Shown: positions 7,336 through 15,075 of the stretch, piece by piece
How positions within the stretch are numbered: the stretch's first letter is position 1
How the letters are laid out: each line of letters opens with the position of its first letter
From: an uncultured virus (IMG/VR IMGVR_UViG_3300030010_000003)
Taxonomy: Duplodnaviria > Heunggongvirae > Uroviricota > Caudoviricetes
Virus record (IMG/VR): IMGVR_UViG_3300030010_000003
Reading direction: 5' to 3' (one strand)
DNA length: 20,000 nucleotides
Translations under genes and position numbers: made by a program
The notes under the pieces: model-generated
Seen by the model: only the letters and a program-made list of their open reading frames with translations
Database searches by the model: none
Told to the model about the DNA's origin: nothing

Positions 7336-7853
7336 TCCTTGAGGGCCTTCGCGCGCCTCTTCTTCGTGCCGAACTTCAGGAACGCTCCCAGTACCAGAAC
7401 GATCCCCCCGGCCATCAAGGCGTAAGGCACCCACTCAGGGGGGCCTGTGTGCGCGAGCTTGCCATCGGCGGTGCAGTCCCCGGCGTAGACGAACTTCCAC
7501 TCCTTCACGATGGAGAAGTCCTCCCCGAGCTTCAGCAGGCCGTCCTTGACCACCGACTCGACGGCGGTGTCCGGGGCCCGGTAGTGGTCCTGCTGGTACC
7601 AGCTGCCACACTTCGTGGGCGTGAGCTGACCGGCACCCACGAGGGGTTGTGGCCACGTCACATGGTCGCTGTTCTTGGGGACGGTGACGCCCTTCTTGAG
7701 GTGGACCTCCCACGTGTACCAGCCGTCGGCGACCACCATCTGGGTCGGCTGCGGGGTGGGCTCGGCCATGGCCACCGATGCCGGTGCAAGCAGCAGCATC
7801 AGGGTCAGGACGGCAGCCGCAAAGAGCCTCGGCTTATTCCTTGGGGGCTTCAT
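7332..7853 (-). CDS. Secreted protein with LAXTG cell-wall sorting signal
   Basis: ATG 7853 after GAAGGAG; signal peptide MKPPRNKPRLFAAAVLTLMLLLAPASVAMA-E; C-terminal LAHTG, hydrophobic helix and KKRRAK tail. Confidence 0.85.
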   Translation of the reverse strand: MKPPRNKPRLFAAAVLTLMLLLAPASVAMAEPTPQPTQMVVADGWYTWEVHLKKGVTVPKNSDHVTWPQPLVGAGQLTPTKCGSWYQQDHYRAPDTAVESVVKDGLLKLGEDFSIVKEWKFVYAGDCTADGKLAHTGPPEWVPYALMAGGIVLVLGAFLKFGTKKRRAKALKD

Positions 7854-8199
7854 GGATCTCTCCTTCAACACGGTCGGACTGGTACAGCCACGGAGGGACC
7901 GGTGCAGAGAGCGGGTGGGTGATCGGGGCCTGCATCTCCATCCGGAGCTTCAGCTCGTTCACCTTCCGCAGCTGCATCAGGTTGTCGACGATGAACTCCT
8001 CGCGCTGCTCGTGACGCTCCAGCACGGATCGCATCTCCCGGGTCTCGGTCTTGACCCCGTCCCAGTCGCTGTAGAAGGCCCTGACCTTCGGGACCCACTG
8101 GATGATGAACTTGATGGTCATCACCAAGAAGCCGATCAGCCAGAGCAGGATGAACACCTGCCCGAAGGTGATGTCGGAGAACCAGTCCGGGGTCATCAC
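7834..8199 (-). CDS. Membrane protein (one TM helix plus coiled coil)
   Basis: FGQVFILLWLIGFLVMTIKFII; GTG 8199/ATG 8196 overlap the upstream stop. Confidence 0.75.
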   Translation of the reverse strand: MMTPDWFSDITFGQVFILLWLIGFLVMTIKFIIQWVPKVRAFYSDWDGVKTETREMRSVLERHEQREEFIVDNLMQLRKVNELKLRMEMQAPITHPLSAPVPPWLYQSDRVEGEIHEAPKE

Positions 8200-8423
8200 T
8201 GCTCCTTCCAACGCTCAAGGTTCGACGGCAGCTCACTCCGGTACGCACCACGCTTGGAGCGCAGGCTAACGGCAATGATCCCCTGATGGATGACGGTCCA
8301 TGCGACCTTGCCACCGGGCACGAGCCGGACCTTGTCGCCGAACTCGAACTTCTGCGCGCCCCGCTCATCCCGGTCGGCGATGGCCTTCGCCATGCCCTCG
8401 GCGAACTTCTCAGCCCAACTCAC
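8196..8423 (-). CDS. Hypothetical protein (SH3/KOW-like FEFGDKVRL motif)
   Basis: GTGA overlap at 8420-8423. Confidence 0.7.
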   Translation of the reverse strand: MSWAEKFAEGMAKAIADRDERGAQKFEFGDKVRLVPGGKVAWTVIHQGIIAVSLRSKRGAYRSELPSNLERWKEQ

Positions 8424-8959
8424 GGCTGGAACCCCTCCCGCTTGGGATTCGGGCGGTAGGCGAGTTCCATGGCTTCCTCCCACGTCTTCGGGTCGTCGAA
8501 CTCCTCCCACGGCTCCGGCAGCGGGCGGCGCTTCAGGATCGGCAGGGTCGCTGAGTCCTCACCGATGAGCAGCTGGTACTCGTACTTGATCTCCGGCAAC
8601 AGGGTGAACTCCCACTTCCGCATCGGGAAGAGCACGAGCACCGGCCTGCGGTGCAGGCTGTAGGCCACCTCCCACGCCGTGAAGTGGCGCATGGCGGTGT
8701 ACTCGTTGCCGTCGTCCCGGTCGTGGACGGTGTAGCCGTCGCTGAGGGTCTTCTTGCCGACGATCACGCCGTCGGTGGGAGCCGCACTGAACTCGTTCTC
8801 GACCCAGTAGGCAGGGTAGGTGTAGTAGCCACCGATCCGGGGCTTGATCAGCTTCAGGGACTCGGGGTGCATCCGGTTGATGCCGACGCTGTCCTTGTGC
8901 CGGGCCAGCAGCTTGGTGAAGGTGACCTTGGTCCCCAGCTGGAACGGGAGGTCCGTCAT
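8420..8959 (-). CDS. Hypothetical protein
   Basis: 179 aa, ATGA overlap, typical codon usage. Confidence 0.8.
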   Translation of the reverse strand: MTDLPFQLGTKVTFTKLLARHKDSVGINRMHPESLKLIKPRIGGYYTYPAYWVENEFSAAPTDGVIVGKKTLSDGYTVHDRDDGNEYTAMRHFTAWEVAYSLHRRPVLVLFPMRKWEFTLLPEIKYEYQLLIGEDSATLPILKRRPLPEPWEEFDDPKTWEEAMELAYRPNPKREGFQP

Positions 8960-9306
8960 GCGACTCCCTTGCTCGCGTCGAACTCGGCCAGCAGATTCTG
9001 GAAACGACAGCTGGCCATGACCTCGTGCATGTCGTGCCCCTTCAGCCGGTAACCCTCCGCGTAGGCGTAGCTGGTGGCCAGCTGGTGCAGGGAGCCCGAG
9101 AGCTTGTCCACGACGTAGAGCTGGTCACGGTCGGTGCCACAGGCCGTGCAGGTGCGACGACGGGTCAGGCGAAGGGTGCCATGGACGACCATGTACTCCC
9201 CGGGCGTCTCGAAGGTGCGGGTCTTCCCCCACTGGTGACCGAAGTCACGGCAGTCCACGAAGTTGTAGCTCGTGGTGTCGAAGGTTTCCCTCAGGTCTGT
9301 TTCCAT
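8956..9306 (-). CDS. Hypothetical zinc-ribbon protein
   Basis: CRDFGHQW...RTCTACGTDR; GGAGGA RBS. Confidence 0.8.
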   Translation of the reverse strand: METDLRETFDTTSYNFVDCRDFGHQWGKTRTFETPGEYMVVHGTLRLTRRRTCTACGTDRDQLYVVDKLSGSLHQLATSYAYAEGYRLKGHDMHEVMASCRFQNLLAEFDASKGVA

Positions 9307-9318
9307 TTCGTCCTCCTC

Positions 9319-9690
9319 CTAGTTGTTCTCTGGCAGGTGCTGCCAGTACCGACGGGATCCGTGCATGGTGGGGGTCATGGTGCCGTCAACAGAACCGCAC
9401 TTCGCGCAGTGGTGCTCGAACGATAGGTCGGGGTTGGCAGAGTGGCGCTTCCAGCCGCAGGCATCGCAGGTCCAGACCGCGCAGAAGCCGCAAGGGCGAC
9501 GCTGGGCCTTGAACTTCAGGACGTGCAGGACGGCGTAGGACATTGCCGGTTCGGCGGAGCGGTACATCCACTTGTTGCGCCAGCCACAGGAGCACCCGCC
9601 CCGGAAGTACTCACGTCCGTCGAAGACAACAGGAGCGGCGAGCGGACTGTGCTCGAAGGGCTCCTTGCCCGGGATCCACTTGGTGGTCAT
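9319..9690 (-). CDS. Cys-rich zinc-binding hypothetical protein
   Basis: ATG 9690 (ATGA overlap); CSCGW, CGFC, CDAC, CAKC motifs. Confidence 0.75.
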   Translation of the reverse strand: MTTKWIPGKEPFEHSPLAAPVVFDGREYFRGGCSCGWRNKWMYRSAEPAMSYAVLHVLKFKAQRRPCGFCAVWTCDACGWKRHSANPDLSFEHHCAKCGSVDGTMTPTMHGSRRYWQHLPENN

Positions 9691-9944
9691 CGTGGGTCCA
9701 CCCCCCTGCACGCGCAGTCGTTGTCGGAGGCCATGTTGTAGCAGACCCCCGTGCCGTGGGACGCGTGGCGGCACTGTGGGCAGGTGCCCGGCTTGGACAC
9801 CGGCTGGGTGACCTCCCGGCTAAGGACGGGCTTGCCATCGATCAGGATGGCCTTGGTGGTGAAGGTCACAGCGATGCCGATCTTGAGGTCGGGGTCGTTG
9901 TAGCGGATCAGCTCCAGAGCCTTGATCATCTCGGTGACGGTCAT
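9687..9944 (-). CDS. Cys-rich hypothetical protein
   Basis: MTVTEMIKALE...CPQCRHASH...CAC. Confidence 0.75.
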   Translation of the reverse strand: MTVTEMIKALELIRYNDPDLKIGIAVTFTTKAILIDGKPVLSREVTQPVSKPGTCPQCRHASHGTGVCYNMASDNDCACRGVDPR

Positions 9945-10303
9945 GCTCCCGGCCTCATCTGCTCGCCCTCGACGACCCAGCCACGCTTGACCAGCTCGTC
10001 GTGAATCCGGACGGCCACCTTCAGCAGAGCACGACCATCGGCGCGATCCTCAGGGTCATCCATCGAGACGAAGTTCGAGCCGACCGTGGCGCAGTACCAG
10101 CGGATCTCCTCCGCGCCTCCGAGGGTGGCCGTGGTGACGTAGGTGTAGCCCCTGCCGACCCGGTGCTGGATGGCGTTGTGGAGGGCCTCGTGGGCGTCCT
10201 TCTCCCACTGGTGCTGGAGGTGCTCAGGCTGCTGGTAGAGGCCAGAGCCGGTGAAGGTGAACATGGCCTTGCCACTGATCAGGAACGTGACCTTGTCCGA
10301 CAT
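9941..10303 (-). CDS. Hypothetical protein (MSDKVTFLISGK...)
   Basis: TGATG overlap at 10303 with GGAGG RBS. Confidence 0.75.
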   Translation of the reverse strand: MSDKVTFLISGKAMFTFTGSGLYQQPEHLQHQWEKDAHEALHNAIQHRVGRGYTYVTTATLGGAEEIRWYCATVGSNFVSMDDPEDRADGRALLKVAVRIHDELVKRGWVVEGEQMRPGA

Positions 10304-10851
10304 CAGACGGCCTCCGCCTGCTTGGCGAGCCACTCGATGATGGCAGCGTGGGTGTGGAGGTCGTGAGGTACCTGATTCTTCAGGTCCTCCAGAGTGGTGC
10401 GCTGGACTCCACGCAGGGCCTCGTCAATGGTCTCCTGCATCCGCTGGCTCATGCCGACCACCCGGCGCGCGTTGCGATCCAGCAGGTCGAGCAGCTCCTG
10501 AGTGTCCTCGACGGTCAGGTAGATCACGGTCGGCTGAGGCATGTCCTTGACGGCGGCGATCTTGTTGCGGACGGCAGCCAGCACGGTCTCGGCCTTGGCG
10601 TCCTCGTTCGTCACGAGGCTCACGCCCAGCTCAGCGACCCGCTCGGGGGTGAGGTTGGACATCCGGACGTACAGCGCACCGGGGACCACAAGGTCGGTCG
10701 ACCCGGGCTCGATGATCGAGCAGCTGATCTGCACCCACGGCTCGTCGGCGTAGCCGATCAGCAGGGGCGGGGGCCATTCGCCCTCGACGCTGAGATTGGC
10801 GACAACGTTGCGCCCTTCCTCGTCCTCAGCGAGACGGATGAATGCCTTCAT
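10303..10851 (-). CDS. Hypothetical protein
   Basis: AAGGAG RBS; first gene after promoter P4. Confidence 0.85.
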   Translation of the reverse strand: MKAFIRLAEDEEGRNVVANLSVEGEWPPPLLIGYADEPWVQISCSIIEPGSTDLVVPGALYVRMSNLTPERVAELGVSLVTNEDAKAETVLAAVRNKIAAVKDMPQPTVIYLTVEDTQELLDLLDRNARRVVGMSQRMQETIDEALRGVQRTTLEDLKNQVPHDLHTHAAIIEWLAKQAEAV

Positions 10852-10880
10852 GATTCTCCTTGCTTGGTTGACCTGTCTCT

Positions 10881-10910
10881 ATCTTAGTACCTGACCCTAC
10901 CTACGGTCAA
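10881..10910 (-). promoter_or_regulatory. SigA-type promoter P4 (TTGACC-18-TAAGAT) followed by AGAGACAGGTCAAC
   Basis: -35 at 10910-10905, -10 at 10886-10881; boxes TAGGGTCA (10899-10892) and TAGAGACA (10881-10874). Confidence 0.8.
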
Positions 10911-11128
10911 GCCCTACCCTCCTGCTGCTGGGCCTTGAGCTGCTTCGCCGCCTGCCGCTCCCGCCACGCAGGCACCCACTCAGGGAGGTGCTTGGGGCAC
11001 CACGAGGTGCCGTCCTTCTGGAGGAACCAGCCCTGATCGTGGGCCTTGACAGATCCCCACATGTGAGGCCGGTACGTCTCCTCGCAGCCTTCAGCCGCGC
11101 AGGACTTGAGGGGAATCTCGTGGACCAT
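10907..11128 (-). CDS. Small zinc-binding hypothetical protein
   Basis: MVHEIPLKSCAAEGC...QGWF...WCPKH; TGATG overlap. Confidence 0.75.
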   Translation of the reverse strand: MVHEIPLKSCAAEGCEETYRPHMWGSVKAHDQGWFLQKDGTSWCPKHLPEWVPAWRERQAAKQLKAQQQEGRA

Positions 11129-11478
11129 CAGCGCAGGTCCTTCCTGCCGTCGCATTCCGCACAGTGGCAGCGCTTGATGATGAGTTCTTCGCCAGATGCG
11201 GGACCGACGATTCCTACGAAGCCGATCAAGACTCCGAAGAGCGCGCCCAGCAAGGGGGCCGGGTTGTTGAGAATGACCCCGACGACAAAGCTCCCGACGA
11301 TCAGCAGAACCCCGGGGGTGATGAATCCCACCCGCCACACACGCCGGTAGTGCAGGAAGATCTGGGTCCGGACGTGACGGATCTTGTCGGCCAGCGTCGT
11401 CAGCTTGGCCTCGGCAGCGTCGAGACGCTCCTTCATGATCTTGGACTCGGGGAGGTGCTCCCACTTCTGGCCGGTCAT
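11128..11478 (-). CDS. Membrane protein (two TM helices, Cys-rich tail)
   Basis: VGFITPGVLLIVGSFVVGVIL, LLGALFGVLIGFVGIV, CHCAEC. Confidence 0.8.
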   Translation of the reverse strand: MTGQKWEHLPESKIMKERLDAAEAKLTTLADKIRHVRTQIFLHYRRVWRVGFITPGVLLIVGSFVVGVILNNPAPLLGALFGVLIGFVGIVGPASGEELIIKRCHCAECDGRKDLR

Positions 11479-11660
11479 CAGGCCTGCGTCCCGTACTTGA
11501 CCGCGAGCATCAGTTCGAGGTCGCTCTGGATGGCGGTGATCGCCTTGCGCAGCTCGTGATTCATGAAACGAGGGTTTCCCTCCGAGCTGGTGGCGTACAG
11601 CGAGATGTGCATCCCGTCCCCGGTCTCCACAGTGATGGTGACCGACTTGAGGATGGCCAT
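11478..11660 (-). CDS. Hypothetical protein
   Basis: TGATG overlaps at both ends. Confidence 0.7.
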   Translation of the reverse strand: MAILKSVTITVETGDGMHISLYATSSEGNPRFMNHELRKAITAIQSDLELMLAVKYGTQA

Positions 11661-11863
11661 CAGAGGTTGCCTTCGTCGGTCTCGTTGACCATGTCGGGGA
11701 GCGGGTGCTTCTCGCAGGACCAGAGCTTCAGGCGGCGTGCGCCTGCCGTGCTGAAGTACATGACGCTCTGCGGCTGGAAGACGGCCTTCTCACCGCACTC
11801 CTTGCAGGGCAGGACCTTGAAGTCGTGGTCCGGGGTCCCCTCGGGGACGAGCTTGTAAGCCAT
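11660..11863 (-). CDS. Small zinc-binding hypothetical protein
   Basis: CKECG...SCEKH; AAGGAG RBS; first gene after promoter P5. Confidence 0.75.
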   Translation of the reverse strand: MAYKLVPEGTPDHDFKVLPCKECGEKAVFQPQSVMYFSTAGARRLKLWSCEKHPLPDMVNETDEGNL

Positions 11864-11896
11864 TGCAATACTCCTTGTTCGTTGACCGATGTCTTT

Positions 11897-11926
11897 ACCT
11901 TAGGTCACCTGAATGACCCATGTCAA
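11897..11926 (-). promoter_or_regulatory. SigA-type promoter P5 (TTGACA-18-TAAGGT), divergent from P6
   Basis: -35 at 11926-11921, -10 at 11902-11897; followed by AAAGACATCGGTCAAC. Confidence 0.8.
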
Positions 11927-11950
11927 GGACATCTTTTCTGGAAACGAGGA

Positions 11951-11985
11951 TTGACCAAGCTAGGGACAGGTGGTAAGCTAGGTAC
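11951..11985 (+). promoter_or_regulatory. SigA-type promoter P6 (TTGACC-17-TAAGCT), leaderless
   Basis: ATG 11986 follows the -10 after a 6-nt gap; AAGCTAGG(G/T)ACA repeated at 18-bp spacing. Confidence 0.85.
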
Positions 11986-12273
11986 ATGAGCAACCGCGTA
12001 GAGATCACAGCAGTCCTCGACCTCCCCACCCCCGTCAAGGTCCCCATCTCGGTGGGTGGTCGGATGAGGGAAGAGACCGTCGTCTCCGTCGAGTGGACCG
12101 CCACCGCGTACGTCGTCGAGAACGAGGTCCGGGTTCGCATCCGTGGCCTTGGCCGGGGACACTACAGCGTCTGGATCAGCTTCCCCGAGGAGACCGCCCC
12201 CAAGTGGGCCCCGAAGCCGCCGCAGGCCATCAAGGGCATCGCGAGCACCATGCTGAAGGGGATGCTGGCGTGA
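11986..12273 (+). CDS. Hypothetical protein
   Basis: Leaderless start at P6; strong G/C third-position bias. Confidence 0.85.
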   Translation: MSNRVEITAVLDLPTPVKVPISVGGRMREETVVSVEWTATAYVVENEVRVRIRGLGRGHYSVWISFPEETAPKWAPKPPQAIKGIASTMLKGMLA

Positions 12274-12518
12274 GCAACCTGCCTCCGGGCGTTTATGGAA
12301 ACGAGGATGCCTTCGGCCCTCAGGCTGAGTACGACGTCGAGGCCGACCTCACCTACGTGTGCGACTCCTGCCAGAAGCCTTCGCCGAAGACCATCACCCG
12401 GATCGTCTGGTCCTCGGGTGCCGAAGACCTCTGGGACTGCGAGTGTGGCCACCAGAACAGCCGCGTGGTTGAAGAGGAGTCATCCTTCGACGACCCGGAC
12501 TACGGGAGGGACGAATGA
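12270..12518 (+). CDS. Acidic zinc-ribbon hypothetical protein
   Basis: GTGA overlap; VSNLPPGVYG...CDSC...WDCECGHQN. Confidence 0.8.
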   Translation: MSNLPPGVYGNEDAFGPQAEYDVEADLTYVCDSCQKPSPKTITRIVWSSGAEDLWDCECGHQNSRVVEEESSFDDPDYGRDE

Positions 12519-12946
12519 TCGACTTCGTACACGACGACGGCGGCAGGGCTGAGGCGGGGTTCAAGGGCACCGCCAACGACTGTGGGGTGCGAGCCTTGGC
12601 CATCGCCACCGGCAGGCCGTACAAGGAGGTCTACGACCTCGTCAACGAGTACTGCGCCAAGGAGAAGCCCTCCAAGACCCGGCGCGGGATCTCCAGCTCG
12701 CGCACCGGCCTGCACACCGTGACCATGCGCAAGATCTGCGAGGACCTCGGAGCGATCTGGGTGCCGACCATGGCCATCGGCTCAGGCACCACGATCCACG
12801 TGAACGCCGAGGAGCTGCCGGTGGGAGGCCGCTACATCCTGCGGGTGAGCAAGCACTACGTCGCCTACGTGGACGGCATCCTGAAGGACAACCACAACCC
12901 GGCACGCGATGGCACCCGGGCGGTCTACGGCTACTGGTCCTTCTGA
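12515..12946 (+). CDS. Conserved-looking phage protein with putative Cys-His-Asp triad
   Basis: DDGGRxxAGFKG, NDCGVRALAIATG, KHYVAYVDG, DNHNP, VYGYW. Confidence 0.8.
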   Translation: MIDFVHDDGGRAEAGFKGTANDCGVRALAIATGRPYKEVYDLVNEYCAKEKPSKTRRGISSSRTGLHTVTMRKICEDLGAIWVPTMAIGSGTTIHVNAEELPVGGRYILRVSKHYVAYVDGILKDNHNPARDGTRAVYGYWSF

Positions 12947-12958
12947 GCCGGAACAGTC

Positions 12959-13000
12959 GAAGGCCCGAACCGGTTGAGCTTCACGGTTCGGGCCTTCTTT
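12959..13000 (+). terminator. Intrinsic terminator of the plus-strand operon
   Basis: 14-bp stem GAAGGCCCGAACCG/CGGTTCGGGCCTTC followed by TTT. Confidence 0.85.
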
Positions 13001-13135
13001 GTGGTCAACTACCCGGTCGCTCCCCCCCAGTTGTCCCCGAGTATGAGGGCCAGTCGTTGGATTGGGCCAGTCGTTGGATTGGGCCAGTCGACTGGCTGCC
13101 CTGTTGACCATGTGTCGACCGCTAGGTCTTCACGT
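12960..13135 (-). ncRNA. Candidate structured non-coding RNA
   Basis: Downstream of promoter P7, no credible ORF or RBS, TGGTCAAC/GTTGACCA closing stem, internal tandem repeats, ends at a strong hairpin. Inference only. Confidence 0.4.
13047..13096. repeat. 17-bp tandem repeat (GGGCCAGTCGTTGGATT x2 plus 10-bp partial) ending in palindrome GCCAGTCGACTGGC
   Basis: Units 13047-13063, 13064-13080, 13081-13090; palindrome 13083-13096. Confidence 0.95.
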
Positions 13136-13141
13136 AGGGAC

Positions 13142-13171
13142 AACGTATCGCTACTTACAGGGGCTAGTCAA
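13142..13171 (-). promoter_or_regulatory. SigA-type promoter P7 (TTGACT-18-TACGTT) with inverted TAGGGACA box
   Basis: -35 at 13171-13166, -10 at 13147-13142; plus-strand TAGGGACA at 13135-13142. Confidence 0.6.
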
Positions 13172-13180
13172 GGACATAGG

Positions 13181-13224
13181 AAAAGCCCGGAAGGTTCTGC
13201 CCCCTCACTCAGAACCTTCCGGGC
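13181..13224 (-). terminator. Intrinsic terminator of the minus-strand operon
   Basis: 15-bp stem GCCCGGAAGGTTCTG/CAGAACCTTCCGGGC followed by TTTT on the minus strand. Confidence 0.88.
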
Positions 13225-13241
13225 CATCCCACCCAGTGGGA

Positions 13242-13424
13242 TCAGGAAACCTGCACTCGCTGATCCCAGCGGACCTTGCCTCCCGTGACCGGCACGTCGA
13301 AGAAGTGCTCACGGTCCTCCACGTGCATGATCTGCTCGCTGGCTGGCATCACGAACTTCTCGCCGTCCTTGGGACCACCCCACCACTGGACCTGCTTCAT
13401 CGGCCTCGGAGCTGCCACGGTCAT
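13242..13424 (-). CDS. Hypothetical protein (GGPxDG motif)
   Basis: MTVAAPRPMKQVQWWGGPKDG; ATGA overlap. Confidence 0.7.
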   Translation of the reverse strand: MTVAAPRPMKQVQWWGGPKDGEKFVMPASEQIMHVEDREHFFDVPVTGGKVRWDQRVQVS

Positions 13425-13780
13425 GCCGCCTTCAGCTCGATCCACGCCTGAGGGGTACGGATCGGCAGCCCGAGCATCCCGGCCACCTGTACCTCCAGCC
13501 GTGCGCCCGGGGAGAGCCACCACTCCTCCTGTGCGGCCACTCCCGTGCAACGCAGCAGCCGAGTGAGGCCCATGCGGATGTAGTCGGCGTAGGAGGTGGT
13601 GCCGTCCCCTTCGTCGTCTGCCGGGTTCTCCACGCCGTACCCCACAGCCCTCAGATCAGCCGCTGTGGCGTTGAACAGAGGCAGGTTGTGTTCCGGTACC
13701 CCGGACATCCTGCCCGCCACGTAGAGGATCTCCTCGGGCTCGGAGGTGGGGTAGTAGACGTTGGTGTCGATGAACTTCAC
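13421..13780 (-). CDS. DUF4406 / nucleoside 2-deoxyribosyltransferase-like protein
   Basis: GTG 13780; LYVAGRMSG, NLPLFN, VENPA, YIRMGLTRLLRC, WWLSPGARLE. Confidence 0.8.
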   Translation of the reverse strand: MKFIDTNVYYPTSEPEEILYVAGRMSGVPEHNLPLFNATAADLRAVGYGVENPADDEGDGTTSYADYIRMGLTRLLRCTGVAAQEEWWLSPGARLEVQVAGMLGLPIRTPQAWIELKAA

Positions 13781-14313
13781 AGGGTCTCCTTCGGGTACTT
13801 CTGCTCGTGTGCTGCCATGACCTGTGATCCCAGCACCTCGGACCACTGGGTGCCCAGCGTCTCGCTGGAAGAGCCCCTGTAGGACAGCTGGACCCACGCT
13901 GCGCCGTCGTGCACGAACGGGGTCGGGTACATCATCACCAGACCGGAGTTGGTCTCGGCTCCCATGACCATGCCCGGCAGACCGGGCACCCGGGCGTTCT
14001 CGAAGGTGATCGAGGCCATCTCCTTGTTGAGGGGGTTCTTGGCGAAGGGAGCCCAGCCGTTCTTGAGCGCCTTCCACTGGCCGCTGGTGGGCTTGGCCCC
14101 GGTGACTCCCACGATCCGGTAGGAGCCGAAGGAGCCCCGCATCAAGGTGTGCACCTCACCACCCACCGTGCGCGGGATGCCATGCTTCTGACCCCACTCG
14201 TGCGCGAGCTTGCCCCATGCGTTGCGGCCCTCCTCGTTAGCGAGGCAGACGGCCACCGTCTCCGGGTCGTCGGTGCGCAGGTACTGCGGGATGTTCACCT
14301 TGTCGGTGCTCAC
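13777..14313 (-). CDS. Hypothetical protein
   Basis: 178 aa, GTGA overlaps, GGAG RBS. Confidence 0.8.
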   Translation of the reverse strand: MSTDKVNIPQYLRTDDPETVAVCLANEEGRNAWGKLAHEWGQKHGIPRTVGGEVHTLMRGSFGSYRIVGVTGAKPTSGQWKALKNGWAPFAKNPLNKEMASITFENARVPGLPGMVMGAETNSGLVMMYPTPFVHDGAAWVQLSYRGSSSETLGTQWSEVLGSQVMAAHEQKYPKETL

Positions 14314-14519
14314 TTCGTCTCCTCGTACTGGGCTTCGTTGATCCGTGCGTCGATGGTGGAGGTGCCGATCCCCAACTCCACAGCCCCTGATCCGTTCTTG
14401 AGCTTGATCCGGACGCAGTGAGCACCGTTGGAGGTGTCGTCGTAGTAGCTGCTGATTTCAGAAACAGCGATGCGACTGCCGTTGACCATGATGAACCCCT
14501 TCGGGATTGGTGGGGCCAT
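14310..14519 (-). CDS. Hypothetical protein
   Basis: 69 aa, TGATG overlap. Confidence 0.7.
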   Translation of the reverse strand: MAPPIPKGFIMVNGSRIAVSEISSYYDDTSNGAHCVRIKLKNGSGAVELGIGTSTIDARINEAQYEETK

Positions 14520-15073
14520 CAGGCGAGCTTCCCGCCGTGGCGGTACGGGCGGGTGTCGTTGTAGGCCATCTTCTCCTCGACCACGGCCCAGAAGTCCTTG
14601 CAGCCGAGCTTGGCAGACAGCTCATGGCACATGATCATGATGATCAACAGGTTGGTCGTGGTCAGCATCGGCTTGGACCTGCCGTGGTCGGCTGCCCGGT
14701 TGATCCGCTTGTCGATGAGCCTGAAGGCACGCCCGATGTTCTCCGGAGGCAGCTGCATCACCTTCCAGCACTGCCCGACCTCGACGTTCAGGTCTACGCC
14801 ACCGGAGACGGTCAGGATGGTGTCGAGCGCGCGGATCACGACGTCGGCAAGCTCGGTGGCGATGCCCTCCGGCTTGGGCGGGGTGCTCTGCTCCCGGCTG
14901 TAGTAGACCAGCGGCTTCTGCTCGCGGTACTCCTCGAAGGCCTCGGCCAGCTCGGTGGTCATGAGGAAGCACATCTCGTCGAAGTCGCGCTCGGACTCCC
15001 ACCAGCCGTGGTCGACGGCGGTCTGGTGGACACGGGCAGCAAGTGCGTTGAAGTCGGGAGTAGTTACGGTCAT
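14519..15073 (-). CDS. MazG-like nucleotide pyrophosphohydrolase
   Basis: HGWW, TELAEAFEEYR, KPEGIATELADVVIRALD, EEKMAYNDTRPYRHGGK. Confidence 0.88.
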   Translation of the reverse strand: MTVTTPDFNALAARVHQTAVDHGWWESERDFDEMCFLMTTELAEAFEEYREQKPLVYYSREQSTPPKPEGIATELADVVIRALDTILTVSGGVDLNVEVGQCWKVMQLPPENIGRAFRLIDKRINRAADHGRSKPMLTTTNLLIIMIMCHELSAKLGCKDFWAVVEEKMAYNDTRPYRHGGKLA

Positions 15074-15075
15074 GG

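Noticed and set aside
13047..13096. CRISPR array or mini-array (a Cas4-like gene is present in the window)
   Set aside because: Units are 17-bp head-to-tail repeats without spacers; there are no other cas genes, and solo Cas4-like nucleases are common in phages.
12782..13111. 109-aa minus-strand ORF through the repeat island
   Set aside because: No RBS, crosses a terminator hairpin, overlaps a real plus-strand gene, and the 17-bp repeat does not preserve frame.
13162..13172. Minus-strand CTTGACTAGCC resembles the 3' stem of Y RNAs, with RtcB nearby
   Set aside because: No complementary 5' stem upstream and no Ro60/Rsr gene in the window; the sequence is explained as the -35 of promoter P7.
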